From: an uncultured Candidatus Poseidoniales archaeon
GTDB taxonomy: Archaea; Thermoplasmatota; Poseidoniia; Poseidoniales; Poseidoniaceae
Reading direction: 5' to 3'
Length of the DNA stretch: 64,000 bases
Assembly: GCA_963997415.1 (NCBI GenBank)
Contig: CAXEMN010000006.1
Span: forward strand, 1,927 to 65,926
The notes under the pieces were generated by a model, which saw only the letters and a list, made by a program, of their open reading frames with translations, was not told the DNA's origin and did no database searches. Below are positions 9,104 through 18,593 of the stretch, in pieces (the stretch's first letter is position 1; every line of letters begins with the position of its first letter). The position numbers and the translations under genes are program-made.

Positions 9104-9955
9104 TCACCATTCAAAGAAACCCTGACCGGATTTCTGACCAAGATGACCTTTGGCCACCATCTCTTCCAACAGTGGATGTGGCGCATATCGGTCGTCGTTG
9201 AACGAACGCTGCAGATTCAGTAAGATGTCACGACGCACATCCAGACCAACAAGATCGGTCAACTTGAGCGGGCCCATCGGGTGCTTGTAGCCAAGCACCA
9301 TTGCCGTATCGATGTCTTCAGCACTCGCCACACCATCGGCGAGCATGCGAATCGCTTCGTTGCCAAGCACAACACCAAGGCGGCTGGTCGCAAATCCTGG
9401 TACATCCTTGACCAAAATTGTGGTCTTAGCCATCGCAATACCAGCCGCTTCTGCAGCTGCGACTGTCGCATCACTGGTTGAATCGTGACGAACGAGTTCG
9501 AGCAATTTCATGATTGGAACCGGATTGAAGAAATGCATGCCGATGACCTGTTCGGGCCTGCTTGTAGCCGCTGCGATATCAGCGATTGAAAGCGAGGACG
9601 TGTTGGTGCCAAGGATGGCATGAGCCGGTGCTAAGCGGTCAAGATCAGCAAAGATACTGTGCTTCAAATCTGGAATTTCTGGAACAGCCTCAATCACCAT
9701 GTCAGCCTTGCCAACGGCTTCAGCCATGTCACCTACTGCATGAAGACGAGCAGCCCATTCTGCCTTTTGCTCAGGCGTGGTTTTGCCACGAGCGATGCCT
9801 TTGTCCCAAAAGGCGTCAATGCGTGCCATACCACGCTCAAGACCGTCTGGAAAAGCATCGAAGAGGTTGGTTTTCCAACCTGCTTGAGCACACACTTGGG
9901 CGATACCAGCACCCATTGTTCCAGCACCGATCACGGCGACTTCTCGTATCTCCAT
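9104..9955 (-). CDS. 3-hydroxyacyl-CoA / 3-hydroxybutyryl-CoA dehydrogenase
   Basis: N-terminal Rossmann 'VAVIGAGTMGAGIAQV' and 'LGTNTSSLSI...HFFNPVPIMKLLE...PGFATSRL', typical of the Hbd/PaaH family. Confidence 0.9.
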   Translation of the reverse strand: MEIREVAVIGAGTMGAGIAQVCAQAGWKTNLFDAFPDGLERGMARIDAFWDKGIARGKTTPEQKAEWAARLHAVGDMAEAVGKADMVIEAVPEIPDLKHSIFADLDRLAPAHAILGTNTSSLSIADIAAATSRPEQVIGMHFFNPVPIMKLLELVRHDSTSDATVAAAEAAGIAMAKTTILVKDVPGFATSRLGVVLGNEAIRMLADGVASAEDIDTAMVLGYKHPMGPLKLTDLVGLDVRRDILLNLQRSFNDDRYAPHPLLEEMVAKGHLGQKSGQGFFEW

Positions 9956-9978
9956 GCCTCATGCGAAGGGGCCGAACT

Positions 9979-10902
9979 TCATGATGCTTCCTCGGAGTTT
10001 GACTTGTGACTTTGAGCCAATGCCACACCGCCGACGATCAGAATGAAGGAAATCAAGAGGGGGACACCGAGTTTCTCATCGAGCAGAAGCCAACCACTTA
10101 GGATGCCAAATGGGGGTACCAAGTAGACATAGAGGGCGCTCTTTCCTGCACCGATTGTGCGAATACCATCCGCGAACCAGACGTAGGAAATTACGGTTGA
10201 AAACACGGCAAGGAAGACCAACGAAATCCACCCGTTCATGTTTGAATCGGGCAGACCAACCTGCCAGGTCTCAATCGCCACAACTGGGGTGAGAAGAAGA
10301 AAACCAACCACTGAAGACCAAACGGTGAGATGCAGAGGCGACATCGATTCTGTTGCATCGGGTGCAGGTGTGGTCATGGCCTTCTTCATCAGAATGCTGT
10401 TGCAGGCCCAAGAGAACGCTGCTGCCGCAATGAGGAGATCGCCCAAAGCTCGCTCGTTGAACGGGATATCGACATTCGGTGAATACAAGAACAAAATGGT
10501 GACACCACTGATGCCCAAAGCAAGACCAGTGCCAAGGCGCCAATGCATCTTTTCGTTGAGAAAAACGATGGCAAGCAAGGCAGTGAAAAAAGGATTGAAG
10601 GTAATCATGAGCGACGCATCACCTGCTGCAGTGTACTGCATACCAAACATGAAAAATGCCTGGTAAACGACAGTGGAAAAGAAACCAATGAGCGCAACCC
10701 GTTTCCACTCACCCCGTGTAGGAAGTGCCCAATTATTGGTCGCCTGTAACAACCCAAGAAAGCAGACGATAGCGACAACATAGCGCAACCATGCGGCTGC
10801 AAACGGTGCCATTTCTTCGGCTAAAACCCGACCTGCTGGCCAACCAAGACCCCATATTGCGGCAACGATAACAAGCTTGAGATGAATGAGTAGATGCTTC
10901 AT
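9979..10902 (-). CDS. EamA/DMT-family transporter
   Basis: About 10 predicted TM helices in two similar halves, with a Gly/Ala-rich EamA-like composition. Confidence 0.7.
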   Translation of the reverse strand: MKHLLIHLKLVIVAAIWGLGWPAGRVLAEEMAPFAAAWLRYVVAIVCFLGLLQATNNWALPTRGEWKRVALIGFFSTVVYQAFFMFGMQYTAAGDASLMITFNPFFTALLAIVFLNEKMHWRLGTGLALGISGVTILFLYSPNVDIPFNERALGDLLIAAAAFSWACNSILMKKAMTTPAPDATESMSPLHLTVWSSVVGFLLLTPVVAIETWQVGLPDSNMNGWISLVFLAVFSTVISYVWFADGIRTIGAGKSALYVYLVPPFGILSGWLLLDEKLGVPLLISFILIVGGVALAQSHKSNSEEAS

Positions 10903-11456
10903 TCAAACCGCTCCAAACCAAGTTGGAGCATGCGGGAGCGGGGCAAACCGATTTCGGGTAATCCTGCTGCAGGAGCGTACATTTTCAGGCCCTCGAGACG
11001 AGACACGTAGAGGCCATACGAAGCGATGTCGTGAGGCTGGTAGGGCGTTGGAACACCCATTCGTGTGAGGGTTGCGCATGCTGCTTCAGAATAAATGGGG
11101 AAGAGGTTGGTGCTAAAATGCATCCATTCAGAAACACGCTGCGCATCGATATGATCGAGTGTCAAGAGATGTTCAAGCATCGAGACGTCAGGGTACGTCG
11201 TGGTGCGCAAGGTCATCTCGACCTCATTGGTGATGTCCTCTGGCCAAGCAAAAGGTGAGTGATTCGCCCACACATCGGCAATACGTATGTGTTCTAACGA
11301 AGCCTCACTCTCGACTGAAAACAGAGCGTTAGAATACGCTTCATCATCAACGCTGTCTGCAACAAGGCCGGGGAGCGCTGCGTAGAACGCATCACACATG
11401 TCGACATCAACGCCATAGAGCGAAACTGGGATCATCAAAAGGCCCCCGTGACGCAC
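10899..11456 (-). CDS. hypothetical protein (unknown, acidic, soluble)
   Basis: 185-aa ORF with no gap to the BoxB-like gene (stop 11457, start 11456). Its stop overlaps the start of the DMT transporter by 4 nt. Confidence 0.55.
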   Translation of the reverse strand: MRHGGLLMIPVSLYGVDVDMCDAFYAALPGLVADSVDDEAYSNALFSVESEASLEHIRIADVWANHSPFAWPEDITNEVEMTLRTTTYPDVSMLEHLLTLDHIDAQRVSEWMHFSTNLFPIYSEAACATLTRMGVPTPYQPHDIASYGLYVSRLEGLKMYAPAAGLPEIGLPRSRMLQLGLERFE

Positions 11457-12617
11457 TCAAGCTTTTGCACCGATACCGGATGCAATTTGGCGAGCAGACA
11501 TTGGCTTGTTGGCAACCCATTCTTGCTTGAAGAGTTCCTTGAGGTCTTCTTCATCTTGGGCGGTCGGTAGAATGGTGTGGAGGTAAGCCTGGTATTCTTC
11601 TTCAGAGCCTTGGAATTCTTCACCATCAACAGTGCAGTTGGTTTTCTTGAATGCACCAATGTCTCTGTTGAAGTTTTCGTGAGGTACGTAGAGTTGTGGT
11701 GAGCCTTCTGGAAGATATCCGTTGAGTTTTGCAACTTCGCCAACGATTTCAGTGTGGTAGTGCCCACGTGCTTCTTCGTTGAGCGTTTCCTTGTCGACTT
11801 CCACGCCTGCTTCGAGCTTCTTGCGCTCATCCCATCGGCCTTTGACGCCCCAGACATAGGACCAGTGTGCAGATGAAGATGCGTCAACTCCGAACAAGTC
11901 GTGAGCGGTTGAAACCCACTTGTTGATGTAGCGCTGGAGCATGTCAAGCGGGATCACACCGGCCTTGATGACACGGCGCAGCCCATTGGACCCGGTTCCA
12001 AGGTGGAATGATTCCTCCTTGAGCATAGGACCCATCGACGCAGCCAGTGGCTTGAATGCCGAAGTGGAGAGCATGCCGAGTTGGAACTTTCCGTCTCGGT
12101 CGACAAACATGGTGTAGCAGAAGAAATCCAACCAGTGTGGCATTGGCCTGTTGAAAGCACCGAGCAGTCGATCGCCATCCTGAGCGTTGCGTTCGAGCAA
12201 CTTCTGAGCTTCACGACGACCTTGTTGGCCGAAGTAGGTCATGAGGAGGTGAGCCATTTGCCATCCATGTCGTTGTTCTTCGGCCATGATTCGAGCTGCT
12301 GCATATCGGTCGTAATCGGTTGGAGCGGTCGCCAACAGATGGCGCTGCTGCTCAACAGAGGCGAATTCTGTGTCGCCTTGAACGGTGATCATGGTGACGA
12401 GTGCGTCACGCATGCTTTGGTGGGGAACTTGAAGTGAGCGTTCCCACTTTGGTCGACCTGCATAGTCACCAAATTCGATGACATCGCCGGCTCGGTCCCA
12501 GTCGTATTGAACGGAAAGGTCGAAATCACCCATCCATTCTCGGTTAAATCCAACTCGGTCTTGCCATTCGCTGAAGTTTGCAATCCATTCGTCCCATGTG
12601 TTCGGTAGGTTGTCCAT
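11457..12617 (-). CDS. BoxB-like diiron oxygenase (benzoyl-CoA 2,3-epoxidase component B family, shortened form)
   Basis: 'ITVQGDTEFASVEQQRHL', 'AEEQRHGWQMAHLL' (E-x-x-H diiron ligand motif), 'DRDGKFQL' and 'KEESFHLGTG' match what I recall of BoxB ('VTQGDTEPASVEQQRHL', 'EEGRHLW', 'DRDGKFQL', 'TEEAHHLFVG'). At 386 aa it is shorter than canonical BoxB, which I recall as roughly 470 aa. Confidence 0.75.
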   Translation of the reverse strand: MDNLPNTWDEWIANFSEWQDRVGFNREWMGDFDLSVQYDWDRAGDVIEFGDYAGRPKWERSLQVPHQSMRDALVTMITVQGDTEFASVEQQRHLLATAPTDYDRYAAARIMAEEQRHGWQMAHLLMTYFGQQGRREAQKLLERNAQDGDRLLGAFNRPMPHWLDFFCYTMFVDRDGKFQLGMLSTSAFKPLAASMGPMLKEESFHLGTGSNGLRRVIKAGVIPLDMLQRYINKWVSTAHDLFGVDASSSAHWSYVWGVKGRWDERKKLEAGVEVDKETLNEEARGHYHTEIVGEVAKLNGYLPEGSPQLYVPHENFNRDIGAFKKTNCTVDGEEFQGSEEEYQAYLHTILPTAQDEEDLKELFKQEWVANKPMSARQIASGIGAKA

Positions 12618-12675
12618 GCCCCACCCTAGGCGCCGGCTACCTTATTGCCTTTGCGAACATGTTCGTACGAACATG

Positions 12676-13302
12676 TTAGGGGCTGCGCTTTCTGACTTCA
12701 TCTGCAAACGCATGTATGACCGTTGATTCGATTCGCTGAAGTTGTGCTGAAAGGGTCGACTTTGCAACATCTAATTTTGCTGCAAGAGCGGTGAGTGAAA
12801 TTCTTCTCGGCACATCATAGAACCCTTCTTGGGTTGCTGCATCGAACACCAACCTCTGTCGAGGTGTGAGCATTCGCGATGACACGCCGCGCGTTGAAAG
12901 CAACCGATATGGAATGTTTTCCTGATCAAAACCTGCGACCAATGCTCGCACTTTACCCTGAGCACAAGCGATTGTCCAGTCAACCCAACCATCCCTTACC
13001 TCAAAGGGCGTATGTGGAATCACACCGACCGTTAACAAGGGCTTGAGAAAACCGCCACCTCCTGCGATGATGTCCACGGCGAAGTGTTGTTGATCGAAAG
13101 AACGAACCTCCTCAATCCCTGGATGTTGGCCCACTGTGGAAGCGATGTCTTCACTGCACGCCGCTTTGGCGGTTCCTCGGCCTTTTCGAAGCGGCATATG
13201 TTCCTCAATTCTCAACACTGCAGATGGGTGACTTCGAGTAACATCGCCCGCCCAGTGCCCCTCAGGCAACCGAACTTCAATGCGAACCTGTTGGACGCCC
13301 AT
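12676..13302 (-). CDS. HTH_10 (bacterio-opsin-activator-type) transcription regulator
   Basis: C-terminal 'LTPRQRLVFDAATQEGFYDVPRRISLTALAAKLDVAKSTLSAQLQRIE' is a typical HTH_10 domain. The start is ambiguous. The track ORF begins at a TTG at 13398 and overlaps glpX by 53 nt. The first ATG (13302, 'MGVQQV') avoids the overlap but has no obvious SD. Confidence 0.65.
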   Translation of the reverse strand: MGVQQVRIEVRLPEGHWAGDVTRSHPSAVLRIEEHMPLRKGRGTAKAACSEDIASTVGQHPGIEEVRSFDQQHFAVDIIAGGGGFLKPLLTVGVIPHTPFEVRDGWVDWTIACAQGKVRALVAGFDQENIPYRLLSTRGVSSRMLTPRQRLVFDAATQEGFYDVPRRISLTALAAKLDVAKSTLSAQLQRIESTVIHAFADEVRKRSP

Positions 13303-13345
13303 GGAATGTTCTGGAGGGGCTACCTCTTGAAGGTACTCAAACGAC

Positions 13346-14299
13346 TCAAAGGCTTCGAGTGGTTTCGATTTTGCGAACAGTTCCACTGGCCACGTCAATC
13401 ACTTCACTGAATGTCGTCGTCGTCTTTTCTCCAAGAATGACACCGGGGAGATAACCATCGCATACACCAGCAGCAGCGAAAATAGCATCCTCACTTTGGC
13501 ACAAATCATTGGCTTGCCAAAGTCGGGTTAAATCATCACCAACCATGTTGCCTGCTCGGGCTTCTTCTTCATCCGAACGGAACACGAGGCGTCCTTCGAA
13601 CACACCACCGAGGCCACGAATGGCCGTAGCTGAAATGACGCCTTCTGGAGCAGCACCAATGCCCATGAGTAAATCGAATGGTCCATCGGGGCGAGCTGCC
13701 CATATGGCTCCAGAAACATCACCATCGCCCATCAGTTCAAGCTGTGCACCAGTCGCTCGAATTTCTTTGAACAGGTCGGCATGTCGATCACGGTCAAGAG
13801 CGACAACTCGAACTTCTTCGATCGATTTGTCCAAAGCAGATGCTGTTTGTTCAAGGTTGTAAGCAACACCACCATCAAGGCTGATTTCACCAACCAGTTC
13901 TTGTCCACCAGCAATCTTGTCCATGTAACAATCTGGGGCGTGCAAGAGAGCACCACGGGGAGCTGCAGCGAGCACTGCAATGGAGTTTGGTGAATTGTCA
14001 GCGCAGTTATTTGTGCATTCAAGTGGATCCACTGCAATGTCAATCATTGGGGCGCCTGCAACGCCAACCATGTTGCCAATTTCTTCACCAATGTAGAGCA
14101 TTGGCGCCTCATCCCGCTCACCTTCTCCAATGGCCACACGGCCATCGAATGGAACGGTGTCAAAGGTACGACGCATGGCTTCGACTGCCGCCTCATCGGC
14201 CTTGTCTTTCTCACCCAAACCGCGCCATGCTGCGCTCGAAATTGCTGCTTGATCAACAGCTTCGAGAAAGTGATGGTAAAGGTCGCCGACGTCGCCCAT
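13346..14299 (-). CDS. glpX: class II fructose-1,6-bisphosphatase (GlpX type)
   Basis: 'VAIGEGERDEAPMLYIGEEIG', 'DIAVDPLECT' and 'GIGAAPEGVISA' closely mirror E. coli GlpX. Confidence 0.9.
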   Translation of the reverse strand: MGDVGDLYHHFLEAVDQAAISSAAWRGLGEKDKADEAAVEAMRRTFDTVPFDGRVAIGEGERDEAPMLYIGEEIGNMVGVAGAPMIDIAVDPLECTNNCADNSPNSIAVLAAAPRGALLHAPDCYMDKIAGGQELVGEISLDGGVAYNLEQTASALDKSIEEVRVVALDRDRHADLFKEIRATGAQLELMGDGDVSGAIWAARPDGPFDLLMGIGAAPEGVISATAIRGLGGVFEGRLVFRSDEEEARAGNMVGDDLTRLWQANDLCQSEDAIFAAAGVCDGYLPGVILGEKTTTTFSEVIDVASGTVRKIETTRSL

Positions 14300-14408
14300 G
14301 GCTCAAGACGAGCGCGCCCCATCCATCAATGAAACGGTCGGACACGAATGCAAACGAACCTCAAATTATCGAAGCGCTGAAGTTTGAAACATCAACGCTG
14401 CAGTTGAT

Positions 14409-14861
14409 TTAATCCTCTGCTTTGAATTTCTCAACCACAACAATGTCAGTGATTGAAGTGCTAGGGTATTGCCCATTCTCATCTTTCTCCAAGGATTTCA
14501 CCATGTCCAACGCACACAATAGGCCTGCACTTACGCCGGTGAGCGCCTCCATTTCGATGCCAGTCTTGTAATGAGCGGCTACATTCACAGTGCAGCGCAA
14601 AGCGTTGCCCTCAAACGACCATGAAACAGTGCATCCCTCCAAGGGAATTGGGTGGCAGTGAGGGATGATTCGTGGCGTTTCCTTCACCGCCTGAATGGCT
14701 GCAATGGTCGATGCTTCGAGCACATCGCCCTTCTTGATTTCTTTATTTTGAATGGCCAAGACCGTGGCCGCTTGAAGATGAAGCAAGCCTGTGGCTGATG
14801 CGTGGCGTTCGACAACCGGTTTCGATCCAATGTGCACTATGCCTTCAATCTCTTTTTCCAT
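14409..14861 (-). CDS. moaC: cyclic pyranopterin monophosphate synthase MoaC
   Basis: 'KGDVLEASTIAAIQAVKETPRIIPHCHPIPL' and 'GIEMEALTGVSAGLLCALDMVK' are MoaC hallmarks. Confidence 0.9.
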   Translation of the reverse strand: MEKEIEGIVHIGSKPVVERHASATGLLHLQAATVLAIQNKEIKKGDVLEASTIAAIQAVKETPRIIPHCHPIPLEGCTVSWSFEGNALRCTVNVAAHYKTGIEMEALTGVSAGLLCALDMVKSLEKDENGQYPSTSITDIVVVEKFKAED

Positions 14862-14871
14862 GATGTATCCC

Positions 14872-15321
14872 TCAGCCTAAGCCTGCCTTCCATGACTCAC
14901 CTTTGTTGGTCACTTCTTTTTTCCACAGGGGCGCCTGCTTCTTGAGTTCGTCGATGAGCCATTCACATGCTCTGAATGCTTCCTTGCGATGAGGGCTACC
15001 CACATGGATGGCAACAATCGGCTCTTCGGGCCCTACAGAACCGACCCTGTGTGCCATCGCAACACAGCGAACCTTGTGCACTTCGATGGCTTGTTCAGCC
15101 AGACCGTAAAGAACGGAGGAGAGTTGTTCTTGCCATGCATCAAATTCCAAGCGAAGGACTTCCGCATCACCCTCCATCCCTCTTGTGATCCCCAAAAAAG
15201 AGACGACTGCCCCACATCCATTCAACGGAAGTTTGGCCTTGAGCGCATTTTCATCAAGCGCATCAAGCGCTTCTTCGATGATGATGTGCGCCGCCATGGC
15301 TGCACGAAGAGAACGCATCAT
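14872..15321 (-). CDS. moaE: molybdopterin synthase catalytic subunit MoaE
   Basis: 'AVVSFLGITRG', 'HRVGSVGPEEPIVAIHVGSPHRKEAF' and 'APLWKKE'. The start could be the internal 'MAAHII' Met at 15297. Confidence 0.85.
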   Translation of the reverse strand: MMRSLRAAMAAHIIIEEALDALDENALKAKLPLNGCGAVVSFLGITRGMEGDAEVLRLEFDAWQEQLSSVLYGLAEQAIEVHKVRCVAMAHRVGSVGPEEPIVAIHVGSPHRKEAFRACEWLIDELKKQAPLWKKEVTNKGESWKAGLG

Positions 15322-15338
15322 TCAAACCCCACGCCTCC

Positions 15339-16622
15339 ATGGGGTATCCCATGGGCGAGGAGGCGGCAATCCATATCATGGGCGCTGGACTCTCAGGTTT
15401 GGCTGCAGCGACCCTTCTGGCACGTGCTGGAAAAGAGGTGCATGTCCATGACATACGCGCTGATTCTGGTGCACGATTTGACGGTGATTTTCAGGCGCTC
15501 GAAAATTGGAGTATGGATGAAGATTTCTTCGACCAACTCAAAGCGTGGGGTTTTGATACCTCGGAATTCAAAGCAACCGAATTCGATGTTGTGGACCTGA
15601 TCCATCCCGATGACGTCATCACCCAGGCGACCACATCAAAGGTGGCCTACAGAATCGTTGAGCGTGGCACTTCTGAACACACCATCGATCAAGGCTTCAA
15701 GCGACAAGCTCTTGCCGCAGGCGCACAAATTCATTACAAATCAAGGGTAAAGGAAGAGGATTGCACCATCATTGCTTGTGGCCCAAAGGGCACTTCTGCA
15801 GTGGCCTATGGTGAGATATTTCACACCGATCACCCCAATCACATCGGGTTTCAATTGAACGACAAACTTGCCCCCGGGTCCTATTCGTACCTGATTATCA
15901 TCGATGGTGTTGGCCTCATCTGTACCTGCCTTTGGCGCAAGCAGAAGAAAAGCGACCGGTTCCTCAACGAAACAATTGCTTGGTATGAAGCGCATTATCC
16001 AAACCTCAATCGAAAACCGATCAAACGGGTCGGAGGCAAAGGCGACTTCACAATCAACAAGAGGTACAAGCAAGATGGTCGCTACTATGTTGGTGAATCA
16101 GGTGGCCTTCAAGATTTCATGTGGGGCTTTGGCATGAGAATGGCCGTGTGGTCAGGCGTTTTGGCAGCAAATGATCTGCTTGGAAAAGGCGACTATGAAG
16201 CAGATGTACGTCAGCAGTTGATGCCGTATGTGCGCACAAGTGTGGCCAACCGTTGGCTCATGAATAGGGTCGGAGATCGAACGTTCAAGCGCATGTGTAA
16301 CGCATGGATGAAGGATCAGAGGAAACGAGACGATGGTTTGATTTGGATCGGGAAATTATTCAGGCCAACGTGGTACAAAGGCCTCCTGTATCGCATTGTG
16401 AACCCGTTCATGCTCCAGAATGATGCCAAAGCCATGGGCCGAGGCGTGCGAAGAATGCCATTCCGCAAGGCACTCAAAAGAGATGTCTGGGAACAGTCCG
16501 AAGCAGCCAAAGCTGTGGGAGCCCAATGGGATGCTGCCCGCCGGAAGGGTGGGGAAACCTCGTTCGCCAATGACACTGAAACCTCCAAGGATGAGCAATC
16601 CGAGCATGCGATTTCTTCATAA
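15339..16622 (+). CDS. FAD/NAD(P)-binding oxidoreductase
   Basis: N-terminal dinucleotide-binding fold 'IHIMGAGLSGLAAATLLARAGKEVHVHD'. The rest is not assignable by eye. Confidence 0.65.
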   Translation: MGYPMGEEAAIHIMGAGLSGLAAATLLARAGKEVHVHDIRADSGARFDGDFQALENWSMDEDFFDQLKAWGFDTSEFKATEFDVVDLIHPDDVITQATTSKVAYRIVERGTSEHTIDQGFKRQALAAGAQIHYKSRVKEEDCTIIACGPKGTSAVAYGEIFHTDHPNHIGFQLNDKLAPGSYSYLIIIDGVGLICTCLWRKQKKSDRFLNETIAWYEAHYPNLNRKPIKRVGGKGDFTINKRYKQDGRYYVGESGGLQDFMWGFGMRMAVWSGVLAANDLLGKGDYEADVRQQLMPYVRTSVANRWLMNRVGDRTFKRMCNAWMKDQRKRDDGLIWIGKLFRPTWYKGLLYRIVNPFMLQNDAKAMGRGVRRMPFRKALKRDVWEQSEAAKAVGAQWDAARRKGGETSFANDTETSKDEQSEHAISS

Positions 16623-16645
16623 TACGAGTCCGTGTGGCTTGACGC

Positions 16646-17512
16646 ATGGACGACCTACACGGATTGACCCTCGAACCAATGCCTAACCGACTTGTCAACT
16701 ATGGTGTCACAAACAACGGCATCGCAGTGATTGAACTCACCTCAGACTCTGCTGGTGCTCCTCTCGAAGGCGCAAATGACCGCTCACCAAACACCTACAC
16801 CCACGAAATGATGCGAGACATCGATACTGCGATCGTCAAGGCTCGTTTCGATGACGATGTAACATGCATCGTCTTGACCGGTAATGGAGCGTCGTTCTTC
16901 TCGGCTGGCGCATCCATTCAAATGTTGAACAGCGTCACACCCGGCTTCAAGTACAACTTCTGCCTTCACGCCAATGAAACCCTTTCCCGTCTTGAGCAAA
17001 CCTCGAAACTCGTTGTTTGTGCCATCAATGGCCACGCCGTCGGCGGTGGGCTCGAAATTGCAATGGCAGCAGACATTCGTATCGCACGAAAGAACTCCGG
17101 TAAAGTCGGTCTGCCTGAAATCAACCTTGGTGTCCTCGCTGGTACCGGCGGTACCGCTCGTCTGACTCGACTGATCGGCAAAGCAAAGGCGCTGGAAATG
17201 ATGGTCACTGGCGAATTGATGTCTTTTGAGGACGCCCACGGCTGCAACCTCATCAACCACATTTGGGAAGGGTCCCCTGAAGACTTCCGAAGAGACATTC
17301 TCGACTGGTGTGGTCAATTCACCCTACCAAACAAGGCTGTCAAGGCTGTTGGAAACATCAAGCGTTCCTGCCAAACCGGTCCAGAAATTCCATTCGAGTA
17401 CCACTTGGCGCTCGAGCGGGAATTGCAAGCAGCTTTGTTCAACAGCAGCGACGCCAAAGAAGGCATTGCCGCATATGTGGAAAAGCGTGTTGCAAACTTC
17501 ACTGGACAGTGA
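16646..17512 (+). CDS. enoyl-CoA hydratase/isomerase (crotonase family), second copy
   Basis: 'FFSAGASI' and 'AINGHAVGGGLEIAMAADIRIA' crotonase motifs. Confidence 0.85.
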   Translation: MDDLHGLTLEPMPNRLVNYGVTNNGIAVIELTSDSAGAPLEGANDRSPNTYTHEMMRDIDTAIVKARFDDDVTCIVLTGNGASFFSAGASIQMLNSVTPGFKYNFCLHANETLSRLEQTSKLVVCAINGHAVGGGLEIAMAADIRIARKNSGKVGLPEINLGVLAGTGGTARLTRLIGKAKALEMMVTGELMSFEDAHGCNLINHIWEGSPEDFRRDILDWCGQFTLPNKAVKAVGNIKRSCQTGPEIPFEYHLALERELQAALFNSSDAKEGIAAYVEKRVANFTGQ

Positions 17513-17651
17513 AGACACCTCTTGCTTTGAGACGATCTGCTCGGTGCAGTTTGTGACCCCTCACTCGTTGATGTGCGCATGCTGAACTACAAAAAAACCG
17601 GCCGCAGTCTTGAAGTTCCCTCCACCTTTGGCACGGAACACAGGTGAGCCG

Positions 17652-18587
17652 ATGACCAAGTACAACGTCCCAGCAGATGTCCCTAACGATTTAGTCGAAA
17701 CATACATCGCAAACATGGATGCTGCAACCGCAGGAACAGGAAAGATGAATCTGTTTGCATGCGATCAGAAAATCGAACACTTGAACGATGATTTCTATGA
17801 CGGTGGAGACAAAATACCATCGACATCAAACGACCCAGGCCATCTCTTCGAAATTGGACAACGTTGCCACGATGCAGGTACAATCGGAGTTCTTGCTGGT
17901 CAATTGGGCCTCATCTCTCAATACGCCCGTGACTATCCAGACCTTCCATACCTCGTCAAGCTCAATTCAAAATCTCACATGGTCAAGACCGCTCAACGAG
18001 ATCCAATCTCACAAGCGATGTGGGATATGGACGACGTCATGTCCCTCTCCCACAACGGCATCAATGTCGTGGGCATTGGCTACACGGTCTACATCGGTAG
18101 TGAATTTGAACATGAAATGCTCTCTGAAGCTGCTCAATTCATCCGTCAAGCCCACGAGCTTGGCATGATTGCTGTGGTTTGGATGTATCCAAGAGGGCAA
18201 GCCGTTGCTGATGAAAAGGACCCTCAGTTGATTTCTGGCGCCGCTGGGGTCGCTGCCTGTATTGGTGCAGATTTTGCAAAGGTCAATTACCCCACTGCAT
18301 TCGAAGGAATGACGCAGCCTGAATCCCTTGCTATCGCTGCACAAGCCGCTGGTCGAACTGGAATTATCTGCTCAGGTGGCGGCTCGCTTCCGGCGTTGGA
18401 TTTCCTTCAACGACTGCATGACCAAATGAGCGTTGGCAACTGCATGGGTGCAGCAACAGGGCGCAACATTCACCAACGCACAACAGAAGAAGCTGTTCGA
18501 ATGACTGCTGCGTGCCATGCCATCATTTGCCAAGGGGCTTCAGTCACCGACGCAATGGCGATTTTTGAAGGCAAATCATCGGCGTGA
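17652..18587 (+). CDS. class I aldolase (DhnA/FbaB-type fructose-bisphosphate aldolase family)
   Basis: 'LVKLNSKS' and 'GADFAKVNYP' resemble the Lys-containing strands of archaeal-type class I aldolases. ATG at 17652 follows AGGTGAG; the track ORF starts at a TTG at 17610. Confidence 0.65.
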   Translation: MTKYNVPADVPNDLVETYIANMDAATAGTGKMNLFACDQKIEHLNDDFYDGGDKIPSTSNDPGHLFEIGQRCHDAGTIGVLAGQLGLISQYARDYPDLPYLVKLNSKSHMVKTAQRDPISQAMWDMDDVMSLSHNGINVVGIGYTVYIGSEFEHEMLSEAAQFIRQAHELGMIAVVWMYPRGQAVADEKDPQLISGAAGVAACIGADFAKVNYPTAFEGMTQPESLAIAAQAAGRTGIICSGGGSLPALDFLQRLHDQMSVGNCMGAATGRNIHQRTTEEAVRMTAACHAIICQGASVTDAMAIFEGKSSA

Positions 18588-18593
18588 ACAGGA

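Noticed and set aside
14989-15600. 203-aa plus-strand ORF
   Set aside because: It is antisense to moaE and out of frame with the flavoprotein gene. No motifs; a shadow ORF.
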